Positions 39,376 through 48,072 of a stretch of DNA of 64,000 bases are shown here, one piece after another. The notes below the pieces were generated by a model, which was not told where the DNA came from, searched no databases, and saw only the letters and a list, made by a program, of their open reading frames with translations. The stretch comes from a virus. The DNA is taken from the IMG/VR virus record IMGVR_UViG_3300022752_000054, positions 9,431-73,430 of that record; one strand, 5' to 3'. Numbering within the stretch: the stretch's first letter is position 1; each line of letters starts with the position of its first letter. The position numbers and the translations under genes were made by a program.

Positions 39376-39888
39376 TCATGCTGGGTTGATTATCAGATAA
39401 GAAACTGTGTCAGAATCTCCTGCGGCGTTCGAAACCACCGTAAAACTACCATTGGATTTCGAAGACACCAAAGGCGCGCCAGCTGGGTATGTCGCGGACT
39501 GTTTCGTCAAAAAAACCATGGAAGAAGTTTTTGCAAGGGCGTTGGTTATCGTGACGGGATTGCTTCCACTTAATATCAATGTACCCATTGGAACATTAGA
39601 ACCACTGCTCAACGATATTTCCCCAGTTACCAATAGAGAACCCGTCACGATTAGAGATCCAACATCATCGATGATGAAGTCTCCACCAGTCATCGAAAAA
39701 GAACCAGTCATCTCAAAAGCCATCGAAGAATCGCCAGTTATTTCGAGCGGACCATCTATTGTTGTTGATCCTGAAACCGCAAGAGAACCAGAAACAACAA
39801 CGCTAGTAAATGTAACGTTGTCCGCTAAATCATCAGACGTTATTGTCCCGTCCTGTATCTGACCGCCCCTTATCTGTGTTCTCGTCAT
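39376..39888 (-). CDS. putative virion structural/fibre protein
   Basis: TQIRGGQIQDGTIT..DL; repeated V(S/T)GSL. Confidence 0.65.
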   Translation of the reverse strand: MTRTQIRGGQIQDGTITSDDLADNVTFTSVVVSGSLAVSGSTTIDGPLEITGDSSMAFEMTGSFSMTGGDFIIDDVGSLIVTGSLLVTGEISLSSGSNVPMGTLILSGSNPVTITNALAKTSSMVFLTKQSATYPAGAPLVSSKSNGSFTVVSNAAGDSDTVSYLIINPA

Positions 39889-39950
39889 TTTCTCACAATA
39901 ATTATATGCTTCAAAGTATTTGATAATTATATAGACGAGACAAGGTAAAA

Positions 39951-40649
39951 ATGAAGATCAGGTTATCACAGTTAAGAAAAATTATAAGAGAAGAAATCGC
40001 AAAACCTGCTCTGCTAGAAAACCTTGACGATCTCATAACTTCTGATATGGCCGCTGTTGTCTCCGACACGGGAACTTCTCGCACGGCCGTCGTTTATAAC
40101 GTCGATGCATTAATAACGGCCCTTGGCCGCCGGCGGCTTGACACTTTCAAGGTTGTAGGAATCGTTCAGATATCTGAACCTCGTGGGGCTCCTTGTAGAG
40201 GAGCTTGGATGATTCGCGGCATCACAGGACCTGGAAAGATTATGTACGGTCTTGCGTACGCCATGTCGCCTACAGGACTCGTAGTCCCAGATCGATCGAG
40301 CGTGTCACCATCGGCCACCGCTGCGTGGAAGAAATATTCATCAAAAGTAGGTCCAGACAAGATGTTACCTCTTGACGATGCCAGTCATCCGAAACCTGGG
40401 ACTGACCCTCATCACGATAAACATCACACAGAAGACCCCAACGATGATTGCTTCACGTCACACGATGAAGAGTTTCTCAACGCTGCGTACAAGGGTCCTG
40501 GGGGAGAAGCAGCGCTTCTCGATCGTTTGACCAATAATCACGAAAGAGCGTTGAAGATGATCGATCCCTCGGGCCACCGGCGAGAAGAGATAGAGTCAGA
40601 AATTCGCGACGCGGGATTCATGGCTTTCGACATTGCAATGGATTTTTAA
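39951..40649 (+). CDS. leader-tagged putative internal virion protein, GNAT-like paralog 3
   Basis: MKIRLSQLRKIIREE; PC.GAW.I....GPGK.MYG..YA.SP.GL..DR.S...A..AW; DP.DDC; FLN.AY. Confidence 0.7.
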   Translation: MKIRLSQLRKIIREEIAKPALLENLDDLITSDMAAVVSDTGTSRTAVVYNVDALITALGRRRLDTFKVVGIVQISEPRGAPCRGAWMIRGITGPGKIMYGLAYAMSPTGLVVPDRSSVSPSATAAWKKYSSKVGPDKMLPLDDASHPKPGTDPHHDKHHTEDPNDDCFTSHDEEFLNAAYKGPGGEAALLDRLTNNHERALKMIDPSGHRREEIESEIRDAGFMAFDIAMDF

Positions 40650-40674
40650 GATTCGCTATACGCAATATACACTC

Positions 40675-41181
40675 TCAACGACGCCTAGAACCCATGGAAA
40701 GATTTCCTGGGGCTGAGGCGTCCCACTTCTTCCCGCTACCCATAGCACCAGGACCACCACCCATCCCGAATCCAACGGGACCTGCTGAGTTGATTCCCAT
40801 GCCAGATCCAGAATGCATTCCAACATATGGACTAGATCCGTGAACGCCTGATGTGACGCCTCGAACGCTCTTCAGCGGTTTGCGGCCGACGAATTTGAAC
40901 CCCAGCCCTTCTAGTTCATCACGGATTTTATCCACTGTTGCTTGAGAAGCAGACGACACTTGAACCCTTGAACGAGACACATCTTTCTGGTCCACGTTAC
41001 GTGCCAGCGCCTGAAGCTCAACGAAGTTGTACTCAAACTCTTCATTGTCCAACTTCATGTCTGCGAACAACTCGACGTTCTTGAACTCAGGTTGACCTTG
41101 CAGATCCTCGATCTGCTCCTCCACATCATCTTCTAAAACTTCACGAATAATCTGTCTTAAATCGTCTAATCGTATTTGCAT
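40675..41181 (-). CDS. leader-tagged hypothetical protein
   Basis: MQIRLDDLRQIIREVLE with GGAG SD. Confidence 0.65.
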   Translation of the reverse strand: MQIRLDDLRQIIREVLEDDVEEQIEDLQGQPEFKNVELFADMKLDNEEFEYNFVELQALARNVDQKDVSRSRVQVSSASQATVDKIRDELEGLGFKFVGRKPLKSVRGVTSGVHGSSPYVGMHSGSGMGINSAGPVGFGMGGGPGAMGSGKKWDASAPGNLSMGSRRR

Positions 41182-41191
41182 GTTGTCTCCA

Positions 41192-41872
41192 TCACCACGC
41201 GGCCCTGTAACGAGTCCTCCAATAAGATAGACCGGCCGTGTCCAAGGCTTTCTCCACTTCATCACGTGACAGAATACCGCTCTTTGTCACCCTAGCGATC
41301 ACAGCTTCATGGTTGTCATTCATCGTCTCTAAGACGCTCATCTCCCAACCTTGTGCCTCATAGGCGTAGTTGAGGAAATCGTCCTTCAGGACGGCACAGT
41401 CATCCGCGGGGTCAGGAGTCTCAGGTTCAGTGACATTGTCTAACTTCTTCTTGCCACGGGTTCCTTTTGCAGACATGTTGCGCCAGGCAGAGACCGCGAC
41501 GTTCGTCATGGAATCACGATCGGAGATCAAGAGACCGGAGGGAGATAAAGCATATCCGATGCCATACATCAGCTTGCCAGGACCAGCGATGGAAGCAATC
41601 ATCATCGCATCCCAACAAGGATCCTTCGGTTTCACCACCTGGACCCAACCGACCATATACTTTTTCAACTTCGCCATCAGTTCAGGCGACCGGTCAACAA
41701 CATCACCAGGCAACTTACGCATCATGTTCTCAATGGGCATTGGATGATATACCACCACCTTGGCGCCACCATCATCTTCAGTCAACATCGCAGCAAGCTC
41801 GTCGGTGTTGAGACTCGCCCCTTCGGCTGCCTCGCGAATAATCCGCCGTAATTCATCCAACCGTATCTTCAT
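41192..41872 (-). CDS. leader-tagged putative internal virion protein, GNAT-like paralog 4
   Basis: MKIRLDELRRIIRE; close paralog of 39951..40649. Confidence 0.7.
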   Translation of the reverse strand: MKIRLDELRRIIREAAEGASLNTDELAAMLTEDDGGAKVVVYHPMPIENMMRKLPGDVVDRSPELMAKLKKYMVGWVQVVKPKDPCWDAMMIASIAGPGKLMYGIGYALSPSGLLISDRDSMTNVAVSAWRNMSAKGTRGKKKLDNVTEPETPDPADDCAVLKDDFLNYAYEAQGWEMSVLETMNDNHEAVIARVTKSGILSRDEVEKALDTAGLSYWRTRYRAAW

Positions 41873-41978
41873 ACCATTTATCTCGAATATTCGTGTATAA
41901 CTATACGCCTCACGCGGGAAGATAAATTAAGATCTACTTTGCAGGTATCATCGACGGATCTCACAATAAATATGTCCC

Positions 41979-43043
41979 ATGAAGATACGCCTCGGAGAAC
42001 TCAGAAGAATCATTAGAGAAGCAGCGGAAGGCAGCGGACCACTGGAGAGCAGGACCTACGTGGAGATAGGATGGCAGAGCCCAGCGATAAACTTCGATGG
42101 GACTCCCATCTGGAATTCCGGGTTCCGCAACAAGGCAAACCCAGGAGAATCGTTGTCCGACTTCATGACGAGACACACCCTGGAAAATCCTGAACACTAC
42201 CCTTATGACGGTGAGGAAGAGCTCGGGGTCCACTTCTGGCTCGTCACCATGAAGGACAAACCGGACGTCCACCCAGGTTACGTTGAGGCGTATGAGAGGG
42301 AGATAAAATGGACGGACCGCCAGAAGCAAAACGTGCTCAGCATGATCCGCAAGAGGGTCCAAAAGACGCAGAGCATGAGAGCCTCAGGAGCTGACAAGCT
42401 TCCACCTGAAGGTGGAGAGGACGACGCCTACGGGAAATACGCATTCGCAGGGGACGGAAGACGACAGGACGCACCGGATGAGGACGACACAGAGAAGGAA
42501 AAGAAGTTCTTCAGCGACATCTATAATGTCATATGGGGAATCCCCGGAAGTTCCTTCGATGGGGAAACAATGCAGACCTACAGGGACCTGCTGGGATCAG
42601 GGAAGTACAAGAAGGCACTCGACGACGTCACACCATCGAAGTCTGCGGGATCGATAACCAAGGCCTACAGGGGGATGTACGTCGACGAGGTGTGGCTCAG
42701 GGAAGCATTGGGCCTTGACGAATCAGAACCACTACCGGCCAAGGGATCGTCACAGGTCAACTACACCTACAAGTCCAAGTACGCCGGCGTGTCGTCGTGG
42801 TCCTGGGACAAGAGCATCGCAGAAGACTCTGCCGAACCGGACCCAGAGGCGGAGAAACAAGGCAAGGTCTACAGCGTCGTGATGCACGCACCCGCCTCTC
42901 TCGACGGACCCAACACCTTCGTCCACGTCACCAAGCTGATGTACACCCTCATCAAACCTCAGTTCTCAAACGAGAGGGAATCCATCGGAGTGGGAGACAT
43001 CACCGTGGATCGGATCGAATGGAAGAAGGCGGGAAGGAACTAA
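41979..43043 (+). CDS. leader-tagged putative ADP-ribosyltransferase (R-S-ExE type)
   Basis: MKIRLGELRRIIRE leader; AYRGM...VSSWS.D..IA...NERE motifs. Confidence 0.6.
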   Translation: MKIRLGELRRIIREAAEGSGPLESRTYVEIGWQSPAINFDGTPIWNSGFRNKANPGESLSDFMTRHTLENPEHYPYDGEEELGVHFWLVTMKDKPDVHPGYVEAYEREIKWTDRQKQNVLSMIRKRVQKTQSMRASGADKLPPEGGEDDAYGKYAFAGDGRRQDAPDEDDTEKEKKFFSDIYNVIWGIPGSSFDGETMQTYRDLLGSGKYKKALDDVTPSKSAGSITKAYRGMYVDEVWLREALGLDESEPLPAKGSSQVNYTYKSKYAGVSSWSWDKSIAEDSAEPDPEAEKQGKVYSVVMHAPASLDGPNTFVHVTKLMYTLIKPQFSNERESIGVGDITVDRIEWKKAGRN

Positions 43044-43134
43044 TCCCACGAGCGCAAGACAAATTCCAGAAAGTCTGCAACCCTCCATAATACATATAGA
43101 CGACCCCCACGACGGGAGAAAGACAAACACCCAC

Positions 43135-43389
43135 ATGAAACTGACAGCAACACAACTAAAGAAGATCATAGCAGAAGAAGTACAGAAGGCCCACAAACTT
43201 CAGGAAGCCAACCCAATGATGATGAGCCCACGATATCCAGCCCGTGACAAAGTCAGGCTGAGCGTCACCTTCTTCGCCTCAGGCGACAAAATAATGGCGA
43301 ACTGGAAAGACTCCATGTACGTCGAAGAGAACGAAGGATCGCTTGACGACCTCCTGGACTACGTCCACACAGAACTAGAAGTGGATTGA
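43135..43389 (+). CDS. leader-tagged small protein
   Basis: MKLTATQLKKIIAEEV...LQE. Confidence 0.7.
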   Translation: MKLTATQLKKIIAEEVQKAHKLQEANPMMMSPRYPARDKVRLSVTFFASGDKIMANWKDSMYVEENEGSLDDLLDYVHTELEVD

Positions 43390-43422
43390 TACCCCAACAA
43401 CGTACTCACCGGGAGAAGACAA

Positions 43423-43719
43423 ATGAAACTCACAGCAACCCAACTAAGATCAATCATCAGAGAAGAAGTGAAGAGAACAAAGAGACTCCACGAGGCCCCG
43501 GAACTGGATGCAGGCCTCATCAAACAAGACATGGTCTCAATCCTCAACGCGTACGAAGGCCTCAACGATCACCTCTCTGGGGATCTAGAAGACGGGTCGT
43601 TCGAAGAACTAATGCGCGACATCTTCAGCGCCAAGAGCCTCCTCGAAGACCTCCTCGACAACGCAGAAGAACTGCGCGGCCTCCACGGCTCCAACAAGTC
43701 CCCCACAGGATACTACTGA
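43423..43719 (+). CDS. leader-tagged small protein
   Basis: MKLTATQLRSIIREEV...LHE; upstream region duplicated from the previous gene. Confidence 0.7.
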   Translation: MKLTATQLRSIIREEVKRTKRLHEAPELDAGLIKQDMVSILNAYEGLNDHLSGDLEDGSFEELMRDIFSAKSLLEDLLDNAEELRGLHGSNKSPTGYY

Positions 43720-44185
43720 ACCACGCAACCAATCTCCCACCTCCCACCGACCCCGCAGCGGACCCTACATCCCTCCGGGGTCGACGTGCATCTACTACAC
43801 GGACACACCACCCACGCTGCCCTCTCCTACCACCCTCCACCACTCCCTACCACCTGCCTCCACTCTATGCTGCAAATGCCACCCCACGAGCGAGGACAAG
43901 TGGACACAATCTCGAGTGCCTCTGGTGAGTCAGGAGGGCAGCTGATCTGCAAATGTGCCCTGGCGGGTGCGGGATGTGCAGGAGTTGCTAGTGACCTCTT
44001 GGCGCGTTATCCCAGACGAACCCCGCTCTGAGGCCCTGTGTGCCCCCATGCTCACCCATGACCCTTTCGGTCTGCTTGCTCCGGTGGTGGACAGTTGCCC
44101 GTCGCCCGCCGCGGCCTCTCGTCGCTCGTGAAGAGGGGTGGTCCTCTTGTCATCGCGATGACGTGTGCCCCCATGCGTCGTGGTG

Positions 44186-44413
44186 TCAGGTTCGGTCTGC
44201 TTTTCGTGCTAGTCGACATGAGCCGTTGTGTATCCAGGCCGTGCCGCCGGAGGGTAGGATGATGTTGAGGTAGAAGTCGTGGGCTGCGATGACGAGAGCG
44301 GAGGTGTAGTCCCACCCCGAGGTGGGCGCGCCGACGGGGGCTGAGTAGGCGGATGGGTAGAGGGGGGTGTGGGGTGCTAGGGCGATGAGGTCTCCTCGTT
44401 CGATTTTGATCAT
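44186..44413 (-). CDS. small GDL-family hypothetical protein
   Basis: IERGDLI... pattern. Confidence 0.5.
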   Translation of the reverse strand: MIKIERGDLIALAPHTPLYPSAYSAPVGAPTSGWDYTSALVIAAHDFYLNIILPSGGTAWIHNGSCRLARKADRT

Positions 44414-44422
44414 GGGGTGCAA

Positions 44423-44623
44423 CTAGTTGCAAGGTGGGGTCAGTTCGTCGAGGTGGATGAGGTCGTGGGCAGCTTCCCAGCGGAGGCCTGATGGAAAGAG
44501 GACCTGAGTGTCAGTCAGCGCGTGGTTGAGGTCCTGTTGGACGACGACGCCGTGATCGATCACCTTGTTGTCCCAATTGATCTTGGCGACGAGGGAACCT
44601 GCCGCGAAGTGTCGTATCTTCAT
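44423..44623 (-). CDS. small hypothetical protein
   Basis: MKIRHFAAGSLV...GVVV; GGAG SD. Confidence 0.55.
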   Translation of the reverse strand: MKIRHFAAGSLVAKINWDNKVIDHGVVVQQDLNHALTDTQVLFPSGLRWEAAHDLIHLDELTPPCN

Positions 44624-44820
44624 GTCTCCCCGCTCGAGTGGACTGTGAAGGTGGGTGCCCATTCCCAGAAGGTGTCCCCGTGTGGGGAGAGGACGTGGAC
44701 CATCGTGTCTGATCCATTGGGTGATTCCACCTTGATGACCGGGTAGACCGCCGATCGATCTCGTTCGTTCCAGGTCAGTACGCCGTGGCGGAAGGTGACC
44801 ATGTCTCCCACGCGGATCAT
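44620..44820 (-). CDS. small VGD-family hypothetical protein
   Basis: MIRVGDMV; coupled to the upstream stop (ATGA). Confidence 0.6.
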   Translation of the reverse strand: MIRVGDMVTFRHGVLTWNERDRSAVYPVIKVESPNGSDTMVHVLSPHGDTFWEWAPTFTVHSSGET

Positions 44821-46124
44821 CGCCAGGCTCCGGACTTGGGGGTCGTGGGATCGAGGGAGATGGTGATCTCGTTGGTGGGGAACTCCAGCTTGTGGCCGGG
44901 GGAGATGACCCAACCGCGCTTGACTCGGGAGGGGCCGGGGGCGGAGCACTCACCGTCGGTCATGATGAGCATGCCGTCCCACTTGCCCCGGTTCTTCGGG
45001 TCGTTGACGATCTTGGTGGGGGCGTTGAAGTCAGTTCCACCGCCTCGGACCCGCTTGGCGTCCACGTTGCTGCCCTTCTTCCATTCGAAGGCATCGCGGA
45101 GGTCTGCTGCGCAGTCGAAGGGGAGGATGGTGACCGAGACCTTCTTCGTGAGGGTGGCGAGTTCGTTGAAGAAGAGGGCGAGCTGGCGGTCATCCACGCT
45201 TCCGGATTGGTCGATGGCGATGAGGAGCTTGGCTACGTAGCCGCGCTTCGTGCCGGGGTGGATGTAGGGGAAGCGCTTGTTGATGCGCTTGATGGTGGTG
45301 GTGCGTTCACCGCGGGCGATGTTGCCGATGAATTGGCGGAGAACGTTGCGCCAGTCGACGAGCTTGCTGACCGAGCGGCGGATCTCCTCACGTAGCTCCG
45401 AGGGGATGTTGCCCCAGCCGTTGGCCTGGGAGTCGGCGTGCTTCGTGGCCTTCTCCACCATGCCGTTGACCTTGGAGGCGACCATCTCCTTCTGTTCGTC
45501 GGTCAGCTCATCCCAGGCCGAGTGGTCGTCGAAGGAGTCGAGGCCGCCGAAGGGGTCACCGTCGGGGTGAGGGGTGCCCTTGGCGTTGTCACCCTTCTTG
45601 CGTTCCTCCTCAACCTTGTCCTTGAGCTTCTCGAAGTACCACTCCGAGGATTGCCCCTTGGGGAAGTCAGCGATGAGTTGGGCGATGGGCATGGCGGCTT
45701 TCTCCTCCGCCGTCCACTCGCGACCTTCGGGACCGGCAGGGAAGACGCCTGGCATGAGGCAACCGGCCGGCAGTGTCATGTTGCTGTGGCCGCTGATGAT
45801 CGAGTTGATGGCGAGGTCCGTCGCCACGTTCCACATCTTCGCCGGCTTCTTGCGGCGGGTCGTGAGGTGGCAGAAGATGAGGTGGTAGAACTCGTGGGTG
45901 AGGACGCCACGGATCTCCTGGTCGCTCATCGGCCGGAAGAACTCAGGGTTCCAGTACAGGGTGATGTCGTCGAACTCCGGGTCGAAGGCCACCGCCGCCG
46001 TGGGCATGTCGAGGGTGGGCGTCTTCCGGATGTGCCGGCTCAGTTCCGCAAAGAACGGCGTGTCCTGGAGGAACGAGATGAGGTGCCGGTCCAGGTTGAA
46101 GTCTGTGTCCGTGTGGCTGAACAT
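44817..46124 (-). CDS. metallopeptidase + vWA domain protein (DUF2201-like, MoxR partner)
   Basis: HEFYH, WN.A.D.AIN, W...LR.F, IAIDQSGS, GGGTDF, TDG. Confidence 0.85.
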   Translation of the reverse strand: MFSHTDTDFNLDRHLISFLQDTPFFAELSRHIRKTPTLDMPTAAVAFDPEFDDITLYWNPEFFRPMSDQEIRGVLTHEFYHLIFCHLTTRRKKPAKMWNVATDLAINSIISGHSNMTLPAGCLMPGVFPAGPEGREWTAEEKAAMPIAQLIADFPKGQSSEWYFEKLKDKVEEERKKGDNAKGTPHPDGDPFGGLDSFDDHSAWDELTDEQKEMVASKVNGMVEKATKHADSQANGWGNIPSELREEIRRSVSKLVDWRNVLRQFIGNIARGERTTTIKRINKRFPYIHPGTKRGYVAKLLIAIDQSGSVDDRQLALFFNELATLTKKVSVTILPFDCAADLRDAFEWKKGSNVDAKRVRGGGTDFNAPTKIVNDPKNRGKWDGMLIMTDGECSAPGPSRVKRGWVISPGHKLEFPTNEITISLDPTTPKSGAWR

Positions 46125-46370
46125 AGATACATCCTATCACGGGTGGTGTATACTTTGCACCGGTCCCGAAAAAAAATCTCAAGAGAAAGATAGTTATATT
46201 GGTGAAGGGCCTCAGGTCATCCGAGTCGTGGAGGACGTTTCTTGCAGGATTCCTGTTGGGGTACCTGGCAGCGTGGGGGTTCCACTGGGCCACCACCTTC
46301 TACGCGGGGGGTGTACCTACCCATCATCACATTCCGGGTCTCACCCCTGAGCCACCGGCCGTGGAGCGCC

Positions 46371-46631
46371 ATGGACGATAAATCCTGCAAGAAGTGTGCG
46401 GAACGGGAGGAGGCGTGGGACATGCTCTTCCAGGTGAAGGATATGTTGGCATCCGTAGACACCATGATCTATCAGGCCACCGAGGCAGGATTGGACCAAG
46501 GTCGCATCGTAGGACTCCTTGAGGCCGCCACGGCCCTGGAAAAAGCCGGATATGGGGAACTTGGCGCGATTATTCGTAAGTTGGTCCAGGAGGACGTGAT
46601 GATCCTCGGGAAGCACGACGGAGAAGCCTAA
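46371..46631 (+). CDS. hypothetical protein
   Basis: GGAG SD before MDDKSCKKC. Confidence 0.5.
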   Translation: MDDKSCKKCAEREEAWDMLFQVKDMLASVDTMIYQATEAGLDQGRIVGLLEAATALEKAGYGELGAIIRKLVQEDVMILGKHDGEA

Positions 46632-46828
46632 AGTCCTGACAGGTTCTCGAACGTTTCCGAGACCCGTCCCATCATGGACACCGCGTCGACGAGGCTCATG
46701 ATCCGGCTTTCTTCTCCGACCTTCACGTGGATTCGTCCGTGATTCGAGACAGAGAAGACGAGATCGCCCAGTTCGTAGGCGGTGGTCCAACGTTCGAGGC
46801 GGGAGGCTAGATCGATGACTTTGAACAT
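46628..46828 (-). CDS. hypothetical protein
   Basis: ORF behind a GTGTAA promoter. Confidence 0.55.
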   Translation of the reverse strand: MFKVIDLASRLERWTTAYELGDLVFSVSNHGRIHVKVGEESRIMSLVDAVSMMGRVSETFENLSGL

Positions 46829-46941
46829 GGTGTCAGGGTATCATGTTCTGACAGGACATTACACTGAGAATTTTAATTTTCTACCCTTCATCCACCCATC
46901 TTCTAGATAGACCTGAGTACAAAAAGTGTTACCGCTCTTCG

Positions 46942-47029
46942 CGGAGAAGGAGAGATTCGAACTCCCGGTGGGCTTTCACCCACGACGGTTTTCTAAACCG
47001 TTGCTTTACAACCACTCAGCCACTTCTCC
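46942..47029 (-). tRNA. tRNA-Ser(AGA)
   Basis: GGAGAAG acceptor, ACGGT-TTAGAAA-ACCGT anticodon arm, long variable arm, G73. Confidence 0.88.
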
Positions 47030-47035
47030 AAATAT

Positions 47036-47644
47036 TTACTCGTACAACTCAATAAAGTTTTGTCCATATTTCATGACAACATAGTCCAATATAGGCCGCA
47101 TGTCATCTTCGTACAAAACTTTAATATCGGGATTTGATTTAATTTTTTCTTCCCATTGAGGAGTCTTATATCCTTTTATCTCGACTAGAGAATCTTCTAC
47201 CAAGAAATCCGGGATATAATTCTTGTCTTTACCTTCCCATGTATATGATCTTTTTTCTAGATTCCTGACAATGCTAATTCCCTTGTCAAGACAATAGATA
47301 ACATAAGCTAATTCCCAGCTGCTGTCACAAAAAAATCCTTTATACCATCCTTTTTTACCTCGACCTGAACCTTTAATGTAACCTCCTAAATTTCTTTTCT
47401 TTGCTAGTTCAGATAATTTTTGTTTGAATTCTTCTGAATGTTTGCAACCCTTTAATCCCTTTAACCCCTTGTTCCAAGATTTAAATCCGGTTTTACCTTT
47501 ATTCCAAGGTACGCTTCCTTTTTGTGCACCAGCTTTTTCAGAATGAATAAATTTTACTTTTTCTGGATTTAATTTGCAACGCATTTGGTGCGCCACAAGA
47601 GAACCTCTATTATTGATTTCTTTGCTGCAGAATTTACAATTCAT
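47036..47644 (-). CDS. homing endonuclease-like protein (Zn finger, NUMOD3, PD-(D/E)xK)
   Basis: PWNKG repeats, HSEEFKQKLS, DSSWE, YIPDF, VEIKGY. Confidence 0.8.
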   Translation of the reverse strand: MNCKFCSKEINNRGSLVAHQMRCKLNPEKVKFIHSEKAGAQKGSVPWNKGKTGFKSWNKGLKGLKGCKHSEEFKQKLSELAKKRNLGGYIKGSGRGKKGWYKGFFCDSSWELAYVIYCLDKGISIVRNLEKRSYTWEGKDKNYIPDFLVEDSLVEIKGYKTPQWEEKIKSNPDIKVLYEDDMRPILDYVVMKYGQNFIELYE

Positions 47645-47702
47645 GCTTTAATTATAAAGCAAAAATTAAGACTGTAACATTAAACCAATTTTCTTTGTGC
47701 GG

Positions 47703-47774
47703 AGCCCCCGACTGGAATCGAACCAGCTTTCTCCTCATTACAAGTGAGGTGCATGACCATTATGCTACAGAGGC
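47703..47774 (-). tRNA. tRNA-Thr(TGT)
   Basis: Cloverleaf, CCTCA-CTTGTAA-TGAGG. Confidence 0.9.
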
Positions 47775-47780
47775 GTATAG

Positions 47781-47855
47781 TGGACCTGGACGGGATCGAA
47801 CCGACGAAACCTCCTGAATGCAAATCAGGCGCTCTCCCAACTGAGCTACAGGCCC
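47781..47855 (-). tRNA. tRNA-Ala(TGC)
   Basis: Cloverleaf, G3:U70, TTTGCAT loop. Confidence 0.9.
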
Positions 47856-47890
47856 AACATGTCATATATATTCTGTTGTCAAGAATTTTG

Positions 47891-47972
47891 TGGGGCATGA
47901 TGGACTCGAACCACCGAAGTCTTTGACAGCTGATTTACAGTCAGCCCCCTTTGCCGCTCGGGACAATACCCC
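47891..47972 (-). tRNA. tRNA-Tyr(GTA)
   Basis: GCTGA-CTGTAAA-TCAGC, long variable arm. Confidence 0.9.
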
Positions 47973-47975
47973 ATG

Positions 47976-48050
47976 TGGAGCGGGGTACCGGTAACGATCC
48001 GGTCTTTCAGGCTTGGAAAGCCCGTGCACATCCACCTATACCAACCCCGC
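47976..48050 (-). tRNA. tRNA-Gly(TCC)
   Basis: GCGGGGT acceptor, TTTCCAA loop, U73, CCA. Confidence 0.88.
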
Positions 48051-48072
48051 ATGATTTTTACTATACTTTGTG

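Noticed and set aside
43386-44273. Pro/Arg-rich ORFs in the skew-switch region
   Set aside because: They are low-complexity alternative-frame translations with no start signals or motifs.
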